DNA of 64,000 nucleotides. Source: Hyphochytrium catenoides. Lineage: Eukaryota; Protista; Hyphochytriomycota. The notes below the pieces were generated by a model. The model searched no databases and had not been told where the DNA came from. It saw only the letters and a list, made by a program, of their open reading frames with translations. The stretch lies in assembly GCA_900088475.1 (NCBI GenBank), contig FLMG01004655.1, positions 5,424-69,423 of the forward strand. Direction: 5' to 3'. Positions 47,979-58,536 of the stretch are shown here, one piece after another. Position 1 is the first letter of the stretch; every line of letters begins with the position of its first letter. Both the position numbers and the translations under genes were made by a program.

Positions 47979-48842
47979 ATGTCCGTGACTGATTATTTGA
48001 AGTGGGACAGATTTGCTCGCGAGATTGATGAGACCGAGGAGGATGAGGAAAACAAGCGCAAGGCTGCCAAGGTAACCAAGCTTGAAGGGCCCAGTCGTGT
48101 CACATTCGGAAAGAGTGTGGGCCAGGACACCATCGCCATCAGCCCCGCCTTAGAGCAGTCCTCAGTGGGAACTGCCACAACATCTACAGGGAACATTTCA
48201 AAGACCCATCCCCAGGCCGACCCTTCGAAGAGCTCAATCACAAGAGACCCACTTTATCGCGAACCTCGGGCAGACTTATGTAAGAATGGTGGCGTAACTG
48301 ACTCCTATGTCTGGTCCCAAACTCGCGAAGAGGTTATTGCAAACGTTTTCCTACCGGCAGACACCAAAGCAAAGGACATCAACATAGCAGTGGACGAGGC
48401 GAACGGTACTCAGCAGCTAAAAGTGGCCATAACGGATGATGAAGGGCAGAAGAGGATTCTCTTGGATGGAGAGCTTGGTAACACTGTAGAGATTGATGAG
48501 GAGGGCGAGATGGACTGGGAATTGGTTAGCGAGCGTTTGCCATTGGTATGCCTTGATAAGGCTGCCTCGATAGGACTGACTCTCAGTCCAGAGAAGCCCT
48601 ATCGACTGCTCCGGCTGACACTTAAGAAGAAGCCGCATCTTGGTAACATGACAGTTTGGTGGCGGAGCTTCATCAAGGGGCATCAAGAGCTCGACATGGC
48701 TAAGGACATCGAGAGGACCAAAAGTAGCCTAGATCGCCAAATTGAACTCCAAAAAACGTGGGACGAAGCGCATCGCTTATTCAGAGAGAGAGTCCGGGAT
48801 AGGAAACCTCAAATGATTGACTTAATTGATGAGGAATCATAG
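47979..48842 (+). CDS. CS (p23/NudC-like) domain co-chaperone, intronless
   Basis: NGGVTDSYVWSQTREEVIANVFLPADTKAKDINI...LLDGEL..TVEIDE...DWEL...LRLTLKKK...WWRSFIKG is a NudC-type CS domain. N-terminal motif TDYLKWDRF. Confidence 0.8.
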   Translation: MSVTDYLKWDRFAREIDETEEDEENKRKAAKVTKLEGPSRVTFGKSVGQDTIAISPALEQSSVGTATTSTGNISKTHPQADPSKSSITRDPLYREPRADLCKNGGVTDSYVWSQTREEVIANVFLPADTKAKDINIAVDEANGTQQLKVAITDDEGQKRILLDGELGNTVEIDEEGEMDWELVSERLPLVCLDKAASIGLTLSPEKPYRLLRLTLKKKPHLGNMTVWWRSFIKGHQELDMAKDIERTKSSLDRQIELQKTWDEAHRLFRERVRDRKPQMIDLIDEES

Positions 48843-48927
48843 ATCTGTAAGACTTCCCTCTCCTAGGACCCAAAGGACGCATGTGTTGATTTTCGCTAGT
48901 CCACGACTGATGCTTGCAATGGCTTCC

Positions 48928-50158
48928 CTAAGTCAGATCCACGTTGTCTCCGCCAGCAGACTTCAGAGCTTCCTTGACTTTCAGCAATAACCTGGGGAAC
49001 AACAGAGGGTTAACCGTCAAGCACGGGGTCTTCTCATCGCAGCGAAGCACTTGTACGTCGCTATGGGCTTACGTGGTTTTCCAGGAGTCCAGCTTTGAAA
49101 TGTTGTCATAGTTGAAGACAGTATCGGTGAACGCATCGACGTCAAACTCTTCATACGCCTTCGCCAAATCTTCTAAAAACTTCCCTTCGCGGCTTCCCGC
49201 GAAGGTGTAATCTAGGTCTTTGTACTTCTGCAGCGCAGACTGAACCGCAACTAGATCTTTTGCTGCCAGGTGGCAGAGTCCCGCGTTCAGGAAGTGCCCC
49301 TTGGCGTTGAACTTTAGTAAATTGTTGTCNNNNNNNNNNNNNNNNNNNNNNNNNNNNNCAAGCCTAACCTCAGTACTTTGTGGCGCATCAGATTCATTGG
49401 GACAGCAGCTTACCTCTCCGGTGTAGTAGTCCGCGGCCTTTTGGTATGCCTCTATCGCCTCATCGTAGTTTTGATCCTGCTCATACTGCTCCGCAATCTG
49501 TTTCTGGAGCTACATTGGCCACGCATAGCTTTGACTTTAAGAACGAAAAGGGCATTGAATAGGGTGTTTGGTCCAAACCTTCGCCGCAGTGCTAAATCGT
49601 CCCATTTCCAAGAAAGCTGCAATCGCCTGGTGTAGCATGTCCACTCCCTCTACCAGCAAAAGAGGGGTTACCCCGTCTTACAAGGATAAACGCAGGACTT
49701 CTACTTACTGCCGGGGTCCACCTTCAGATAGCAGTTGCCTGCTTCCATCAAGAAGTTGGCTGCTTCATGGGCACTATTCAGCTTAGTCTGTGGCACGATG
49801 GTCAGTCATCAAAAAGTTAGGATACCAAGCTATGATCGTGACCTGGCAATCGGCACAGCGCTTGAAGGCATCTCCAGCTTCAGCCCCTGATTACGATAGG
49901 GTGAATTTATCGTCTATCACTTACGAAATGGCTTTAGCCTACATTGCTTTGCGATCTTAAACTGATTCCCTGCCTTCTGGAACAGCTCACAAGCGTCCTC
50001 ATACTTCGTGCTAGAACCGAAGATTGTAAACTTCTTCAGAGTTTTCTCCGCCTGACACAGTGACATCGATTGTTATCCACTTCTGACAGATAAGGACCAA
50101 AAGTCCAGCGCTCAGACGTTACCTGATGGAGAAGTTCCTCCGCACGGTCGGATGACAT
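48928..50158 (-). CDS. SEC17: Alpha-soluble NSF attachment protein (alpha-SNAP/Sec17), multi-exon, interrupted by an N gap
   Basis: MSSDRAEELLHQ|AEKTLKKFTIFGSSTKYEDACELFQKAGNQFKIAK..., MGRFSTAAK, AYQKAADYY, DNNLLKFNAKGHFLNAGLCHLA, FAGSREGKFL, YDNISKLDSWKT, C-terminus DNVDLT*. Confidence 0.93.
49330..49358. other. Assembly gap (29 N) inside the alpha-SNAP gene
   Basis: Run of N in the sequence. Confidence 0.99.
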
Positions 50159-53126
50159 GCTCCCTACAGCAACTGCCAAATCGTAATCACTTCACTCACG
50201 TTCAGAGGGTCCAGATTATGTGCTAAGCTGCTGTTTGCACCGTCCACGGATTGTCAACAATGCCGTGAGGAGAAGACTCTTTCTCCGGAGCGTTTAGTAC
50301 TTGTACCTGTAGGATGAGGACATGAACTCCGAGCTGAAGCACTTCTCCTTCGTAAGGCAAAGGGCGTTGCCCTGCAATACAACTGTTCTTGATTAGACCA
50401 TATTCAGAGAAAGCTGAAAGGGATCGGACGAACTATGTTAGCAGAAGCCTGTACGCCTCTTTCCCCTTCCAGTTCCAGACAAGAACATGCCGAAACGCTT
50501 TGCACTGTACTCTGTATACTACTGTGTACAGCTTATGACTGTTCCAGAACATGACGATACTATAAAGAGATCTGCACGCTCTCGTCTGTGATAACCGTTA
50601 ACGAATAGATGGACAAGTACTCAAACGTACAAGCTTACCTACATCAACAACAAGCTTTAATGAATTATAGGAGGCGGAGAACCTCCGAAATACAGCAAGA
50701 GAGTCATCATCACAATCCATGATGGGGAAAAAGTGGATGATGATAATAGGACGACAAGGCAGACTAATCATGAGATGCCGAGTCTCCTCTTTCTATTCCT
50801 GAGCTGAAGAATTCAAGGCTTAGTTCTTGTGTCTTCTCTTCATAGGTTTATTTACTACCCGTCTGTCTACGACGACCCATTCTTTCTTTTTCCCTTACTA
50901 TTTCTCTTCTCTGTATATTTCGAAGTAATCATCAGGTCAGAAGAGGATACACAGCATTGTCCTACTGCTACAGGACAATGGTACAAGGCAGTAACGATTG
51001 GAGGTCCGTCATGCCATGAAGAGAAGAAGAATAGTGGCGAGACTACAGCCGTAGTAGTTGGTGGTAGCAGCAGCGATGCATTCGTACTACTGATGTCTGA
51101 TTCTTTCTACCCTCATAGATTCTCCCCCCTTCTTCGCTAGTAGTGTTGTTAGCTTCTCCTTTGTTGTTAGCTTTCGGCCGCAACTTAAGTGTTGAGTAGT
51201 TGGAAGTCTATGTCCCGATCAGCGACCTTCTCGTGAAAAGGGAGGGAGTCTATGATGGGCAGAACTTGTGGTTGTTGGAAGTAGATATTATCAAACACCA
51301 CAGAAGAGTTGGCTTGGAAGTTCATATAATAGTAGGTGGTGCAGCAGGAGAATATTAAGAAAAGGACGAACATACTCCTGTTGTCACTTGTGCATTTCCG
51401 TTCTGCTTCAGCACGAAGCACGAAAGAAAGTAGAGTTAGACAACAAAGACGCCGCCGTAATTGGTGGTCAATGGAGTAATAGTGCTGACGGTTCCTGGTC
51501 GACGAGTAACACTATTTTCAGGCTACTGCGTTCCTTTTTCCATACTTAACAAAAACGTTCATTATTAGTCCCCGTCTTTCGCAGCTAATGATATTCTTCT
51601 AACAATATACCTATCGGTGGGTATGTTGTTGCTGGTGGTGCCTACTATCGGTGTGTTGCTCCGCCGCAAGCGGCAACAACAAATAGCACCACTATGGGAA
51701 CTAGTATGACCAACAAAGAAGGAGAGGCCGGTTTCATTATCTCCTGACGGCTCGAAGGAAGAAGTCATCAAAACCTGAGGCGAGGTTGACTGATAGTCGA
51801 CGGCGGAAGGAAAAGGAACCAAGAGGAAAAACAAGGATATAATGTCCACCTTCATCATCACTGGAGGCCCCACCACCCATACAGCCGTCCTCTCAAATCA
51901 TAGACTAACCATAGAAGAACTACTACCTGTAAGCACCCAAATAAAGATGATCAGAAGATGAAACCCAAGAAACACTACAGCTGGCCACAGTACTGGGGGA
52001 GTTCTGCAACAACACATTTGTCATGCTGAACTTTCGAATCTATCTCGGAGAAGCCTTGAATCCTACAGCTGTACTTCTGTACAGAGTTTTGTCAGATTCG
52101 TATTTTTACCCTTCTTAGTCCTCCTACTAAATTCTGTGCTTAGTATCCTCGAGTCCTAATATTAGTTCCTAGGAAGTCAGCTGAAAGCTTTGGCGTGAGC
52201 AGCTAAGCCGTCCTGTCTGGGCCTACAGCCCCGCTTGTCTTTGTCAAGGAGGACGACCGGCAGTGTTCTTTTTGCCACACAAAGTCGTCCTTGACTTCTT
52301 ATTGGCGATCCTCGTTTGACGAGAGGAACTGCGAGACAGAGACGCCCGTTTTGGGTCTAGTGTCTGTGTGCTGGTTCGGCGGAGGCAACAGCGGGCAGGG
52401 TCTCCTCTATCTCAAGCACAACTCCGAGCGAAGGGGCGCTATCCAAAAGGTGACGACATCCTACTACCTTTCCTGTGGCTCTGAAGAGCGGTTCGTCAGT
52501 GAGTGCAAAGCCTTTGGGCATCTCTCGTTCTCGTCTGGGAGGATGCCCAATATTGCATTTTCAGACCACAAGGATTTCTAAGCTGTGGAACTTGTCGTAA
52601 GAGTGGGGAAGCTTCGAAACCACTGGACTTGTAAGCACCTTAGTAACAATTGCCCTTCTTGCTGCCCCTTTTAACAGTCTGGAAAATAAGAAGAGCACTG
52701 CTGCTTCGTGGGTTTAGGACAAGCTGGTGCTGCTATTTTCATCCGAGGATGATATTAATGGCCGCATTCCTGGCCTTATTGGCCGCGGAAAAGCCACGTC
52801 AAGCGATAGAATCGCTATTTGCCGAGATATCGGTCAGTGCTAAAGATGCAGTTACCGTCGTCAAGTTGCTTTTTTCAGGCATGAAATGACTGCTTTTTGT
52901 CAATGTTGTTCTGGCACCGTCTCTTACACATTTATCGACACATGATAAACTAACTGGTGACTCTCGCCTCATCCCACTGCTTTTTCGTTCTCTTGCATCT
53001 CATCTGAAGATTTTCCTGTACGACAGTTTTTGGTAAGTGAACTAGAGGGGAAGCCAACAAAGCTCAAAAAGAGCACACTGACTAACACCGCTTAATATTC
53101 ACCTCCACACGGCTTGCCTCCATATC

Positions 53127-55520
53127 ATGGCGCTTCTTCTATGCAGGCCTCTGCTGGGAATTGTTGGCTTTCTGTCGATCCATTCTCTCGTCGCGATTCT
53201 GATAGACCATAAAGCGATGTTTCAAATGTTCATCAACTTTGGACCTCCGGAGGAGCAGGTGTATACAGTATACTTCATCTATCTCAGAAATCACTACCAG
53301 TATGTTGTCGCTTACATGACTCTCTCTCTCTCTCTCTGCCTTACGCCTCCCCTTCGTAAAGGATCTACTTCACAAGTCTTCTATACGCACCACACTGTTT
53401 CGCTGTGCCAACTGGATTATCTCCTGGATTTTCGTGGGGTCCCTCGTTTCTGTTGTGAACAGTGGCAATCACGCTGCCCTTATGATTATATCGGGACCCA
53501 CTATAAGCCTGAGCTATAAGCAGAACAGCCACCTTTCTTCGGCTAGGGCGGACGTCATAATATGCTTTCTTACCATGGTGCGTCAATGGTTCAAAAGATC
53601 AAACTGGGTTGATGAACACGCATTGCTTTCAAAAGTAATCATTATTTCCGTCCATTACCTCTCACTGCTTCTTTCACAGTCATACCTTTTGGGGCTATTC
53701 TCCATGAACACGCTAGCTCGGGCCCTGCAGAGCAGACAGGTGAGTTTTCTTATTCATGGCATTCAAAACTGACACGGAAATAACTTCTATCTCGCCCATG
53801 AGACAGCCCAGACCTCGAGCACTGGTTGGTATTCCATCCGCGTATGTCGTCGTCCTTTGCAGTATTATTGCGAACTTGGACGGGCCGGTCCATCTTAAGG
53901 CTGGAGTCATCTTCCTGACACTCTCGATCCTTACTACGTGCTACATGCATGTTCTCCTTAATACGAAGACAAAGGGCCCTCAAGCTACTCTTCAGGTGAG
54001 AAAGCTTACTGGACTTGGCAACAACAGCAACCTTTGGCACTCACTACTGCTGATGGTGAAGCAGAAAAGGCACTTGAACTTGTCCTACTCGGACCTTAAC
54101 TCTAGTAGATGCCCGGCTAACCCTACAAGCCGGGTTTACATAGTGAAAGGAGATGTGATGCCTGCAGACCTCTCCACCTGGCAAAGTATCTGTTTCACGT
54201 CCCAGAAGCTAGTAGACATGGTTCTGAACATGCCCTACCAGCTAACGAAAGACACGATCTCCCAAACAGCCGTTAGTGCTGTGGTTTTGGTTTGCTCCTT
54301 GAAGGTTAGTACAACGCTAGTAGTAGGAACGCCGGTTGGAATATCTGAGACGTCCCTACCATTTCTATCAGGCCGCGATTCCCATGTCTGGCTCTCTTCT
54401 GATGGGATCTCTCACCGCGTTCGCAATTAATACGCTGCGAAAGAGCATGACAGGAACGGAGCCTAAGCCGAATCTGAGTTCTGCAATGGAAGCTAGAAGG
54501 CTAGCAACCTACCCGCCGCCTTATCCTAATGGATGGTACAAGCTTGCGGACTCGGCCGATATCAAGCCTCAGGAGCTCAAGCGGGTGATTGCTTTTGAAC
54601 GCAAGTTCGTGATTTTCCGAGGCGAGAACGGGATCGTATCAGTTATCGATGCGTACTGCCCGCATTTAGGAGCTGATATTAGCGCCGGAGGGAAAGTGAT
54701 TGGAAACTCCATTGAATGTCCCTTTCATCAGTGGCAGTTTGGGCAGGATGGCCGCTGTACAAAGATTCCATATTCAGGCTCTATTCCCACGTCGGCGACA
54801 GTGAAGATGTGGCCTTCTATTGAGTACTACGGTAACATTTGCGTCTACTTTGACGCCGAGAAGAGGAAAAGTCCGCCGTACTACCCTCCATTTATCCCAG
54901 ATTTGGATGGTGGTCATTTCGTCTACCGTGGACAGCTGGACAGACGCATCAACATGCACTTGATGGAGTTCGTAGAAAACTCTGCTGACTTCATGCACTT
55001 CGACCCCTTGCATGGCGCCATGCATTTGCCCTTCACATCCATTCCCATTCCGGGTGTAAAGATCAAACACGAGGCTGGATGGAAACCCGATGACAAGGAC
55101 AGGCATATCGCTTATTTTTTTGATAAAGCAGAGCTCTGTGTTAACGGCAAGGTAGTTCCAAGGACCAAGGCTGAGGCTATGATCACTTTGATCGGCCCCG
55201 CCGGGTTGACCTACTTCAACTTCAAGACGCCACTGGGCAAGATCGTGCTCTTTCACACACATACCCCCATTGCACCTTCCCAGCAACGAGTATCATTCCG
55301 CTGGTACGCTGATAAAGCCGTTCCTCGCTTTCTGGTTTGGTACGTGGTTGGAAACTGGATAAGTCAGTGGCAGATGGATCTGATGGTCTGGGAGAACAAA
55401 AGGTATACTCTCAAACCCACATTGGCTAAGGGGGATGGGCCGATGTTTCAGATGCGACGCTGGTTCAAACAGTTCTACTCTGAGAGTAGTGAAACCATTC
55501 ATAAGCAACTGGATTGGTAG
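53127..55520 (+). CDS. Neverland/DAF-36-type Rieske [2Fe-2S] oxygenase (cholesterol 7-desaturase-like) with a predicted multi-pass N-terminal membrane extension
   Basis: YPPPYPNGWY, Rieske motif DAYCPHLGA...ECPFHQWQF (CxH...CxxH), mononuclear Fe site ENSADFMHFDPLH, QWQMDLMVWENK, GDGPMFQMRRWFKQFYSE and terminal LDW*. These match Neverland/DAF-36. Upstream exons from 53127 join in frame via intron 54272-54371 (hand-predicted). The catalytic part is far more certain than the extension. Confidence 0.85.
53320..53337 (+). repeat. (CT)9 microsatellite in the first intron of the Rieske desaturase gene
   Basis: Read directly. Confidence 0.85.
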
Positions 55521-55644
55521 TCCGAAAGATGGAGATCACATGTGGTGTTAGTAGCAAAGGTCACACTTCTGCTTTACATAATATGTGTAGATAGTAGGAG
55601 GGAGAGCACCGCTGCATGGCACTATTTAGCAGAGCCTATCCTTT

Positions 55645-55704
55645 TTTAATGAAAACAATGGGTGAAAACCTGACTTTAATGAAAACAATGGGTGAAAACC
55701 TGAC
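55645..55704 (+). repeat. Perfect 30-bp tandem duplication (TTTAATGAAAACAATGGGTGAAAACCTGAC x2)
   Basis: Two identical adjacent copies at 55645-55674 and 55675-55704, read directly. Confidence 0.95.
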
Positions 55705-57995
55705 ACCGCCAACCTTCATCACTGTAGTCTCGTAGCGGCGTGAGCAGTACGGCACCAGCGCCAATGGATGAAAAAAGTGATTGCTGCTGTATACTTCTAA
55801 TGCCCGGAAAGAGATGCCAACAATACATGCTGCTCTCCTTCCGGTCACGTAACTTAGATCTGCCAATGCTTGTTGATGATCACTGTAGAACATACTACTC
55901 GGCCTCCACTACTAACTCACCTTCAACCAAAGCCATCACTTCCAAAGAGTAGAGCTCCTCCTTGTTTTCTGATTGTCGCCACATCTTCTCATGTTGTCAC
56001 CAGCAAGGTGTGAGGTTTGCTGTGCTGTATAGTTAAACACATATAGTAGAAATAGGGTTTCCTCTGACGTTATTTCTAGTTCTACTGTTATCGATCTTGA
56101 CAAAGAAAAAGTTTTAATCAGAGCGAAACAGTACTACTAACGACTGCCAGGGTATAAGATTTGAAGAAGAACTACTTCATAGTCTAGGAGTTCTATTACA
56201 TCTGCAAGAGGCAAGCAAAAACAAGAAGTCCATCTTTCCCAAATTGACCGGGGGCTAATAAGATCCCTCCAAGATACCCCTTAGCTGTTGTCGCTGGCTG
56301 AACAGCCAGTAGTCCAACCAAAGCGTTCAGCAAAGGCATCCTCGATGCCACCATCATGGACGTGTCATCATCAGCGGTGGTAACCCTGCCGATGGTATCT
56401 CACGCTAAAGGCTTGAAGGTATAACTTGTTGAGCCCGACAACGCTTTCCATGCTGTCGAAGAAGCTTCTACTCTGCAACAAGTGCCTTCTTTCTACTGCT
56501 AGCTCGCTGACCAGCAGATAATACTCTTCGTCTCCATGAGGTGAGGGGATGCTGCTAGAAAAGTACTACTATAGCAATCATCGACAGTCCTACTTGCTGT
56601 TGTGAGTTCCAAAGTAGAGTTCTTCTGGGTCCAGAGGACGAAAGAAATAGAAGAAGAAGACAAGGAATGGATACAACAATACAGGGAGTGTCTTCTCTGT
56701 ACTATTGTTGTTGCCACTACAGCACTGTTTATCGAAGGCTCTGGGGCAGGCATGGGGGTCGTTGGCCTAGACCCTTGCTCTCCGTTTTTCAATAGTAGTT
56801 GCATCATGATGGGATCGCAGCAGGAGTAAATACAAGGTCTTCTAGTAGGACGACAGTGGCGTCTTCAACAATCTCTGAGTTACACTAAGTAAGGGTCGGC
56901 GTCGGCTTCTATCATCATTCATGACAAAGCGCCATCACTGCTGGCAGACATCGTAATGTTGTCCGCGACCTCCGCCCTATTAATATTGTAAATTGGCTTC
57001 GCTATGCTGCTTCTCCTTCTTGACACACCAATGGTCTCACTAGCTACGGCCGCTTGTGCTTTCTTCCTCTTCTTCTTTCCTACTGTGGGTTCCTTCCTCC
57101 TATTCTCCAGAACGGTCTTCAAGTACCTTCATGGGGTTGAAATGAACTGCTCAACAAGCACTCTTTCACCTTTATCCGTCATCATACCCGCCCACAGATC
57201 AGTCCATAGACAACCAGTTCTTTTGTTCAAGTCCTTATTGCAAAGGAGAGCAACGAGATATCATTAGATGATAGGACATAGAATATCTCACAGGCGCCAG
57301 CACAAACACAGTTACCAGCATCTTCTACTTCTGATGGCGTCCATACTAATTCTAGGAAGTTGTTGTTGATGATAAATCAATAGCACGCTAGGGAAGAACA
57401 CATATCTCAGCAACACCAAGTGAGCTACCCAGACCAAGTCCTTCCGACGACAGACTCCACGTGCAGGCCGCTTTATCAAAACATCCCTCCCTCTTATCTA
57501 TCCCACTCGTCCCACATGGTTCCGCTTATCATTCCTCCTTTTCATAATCTATAATAGAAACCTCCATCCAGTAGAAAGCTGATCACCCATATAGATCTTT
57601 CCAATGACGACGATCTCTTTAAGGGCTGCTTGGCGGGCTAAAGCTTGCGCCTCTAGTAGCACTACCGTTTTTTCCATATTACTGCTTTCCTTTCTTCCCT
57701 TCTTTTGGTTTCTCCTATGGTTCTCCCTCTTATTCGTTCCCTGTTATTCCACTCTATCACTTGCAGCCATCCTTCTCTCGCTTCAGCGATGGGACCGTTC
57801 TCTCACTTGCCTTCTCGAATGTGATGATGGTCTCGGCACGTCATCTTCTATTCTCCTCCTCCCTCGTCCTCCTCCTCCCTCCTCCTTCTATCATCGTTAT
57901 TGCTGGGGATTCCACTTTGATTCCTTCTTTCTTGATAACGAGTTTGGAGAAGAGTGAGCAGAAGAAAGGCTAAGGCTTTCTAGCTCTTGTTGTCT

Positions 57996-58043
57996 CTTCT
58001 TCTTCTTCTTCTTCTTCTTCTTCTTCTTCTTCTTCTTCTTCTT
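57996..58043 (+). repeat. (CTT)16 microsatellite
   Basis: Read directly. It explains the spurious poly-Lys ORF 57897..58091. Confidence 0.95.
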
Positions 58044-58536
58044 CTCAGAAGTTGTAGGTAAGTTCTTATTACACATCCAAGAAAAAATCATGAAAAGTGA
58101 GTAGTCAACCCATTAATAAATAAACAGCGCGTAGCCTAGCCGTTAGCGACCGTTAGGAATGAAGTCCAGAGAGGAATCAGATCATCAAGTTTGCTGTTCG
58201 CATCCTCATTGTCGCTTGCCGCTTTCCGCTTGCGCTCTCCTCTACTTACGTCCGTTTTGTTAGTGTCGCATCGGCACTTCTATGCAAGAGGAGCTGTGTA
58301 CGAAAGAGACACTTGGCAATCGCGGCGAAGAGCCTTTAGTTGAGAGGTGCCAGTCTCGAAGGCACCAGTGGTGGTGCTGGTTCCTTTCCTTTGTTAGCTA
58401 ATTGGATAGCTCCTATTTCAGTATTACGAATTCTAACTAACTCTCGATTGGACACCCGGTGACTGGACCAGGAGCCTTCCTATCTGGCCACAGAAGCGGC
58501 TGCCGCTATTCTTGCGAAAGGCAAAGGCGCTGAAGC

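Noticed and set aside
50500-52090. Weak inverted similarity (ctctgta...gtacagct vs agctgtac...tacagag) suggesting terminal inverted repeats
   Set aside because: The match is short and gapped, with no target-site duplication or transposase remnant identified.
57897-58091. Poly-lysine ORF
   Set aside because: Translation artefact of the (CTT)16 microsatellite.
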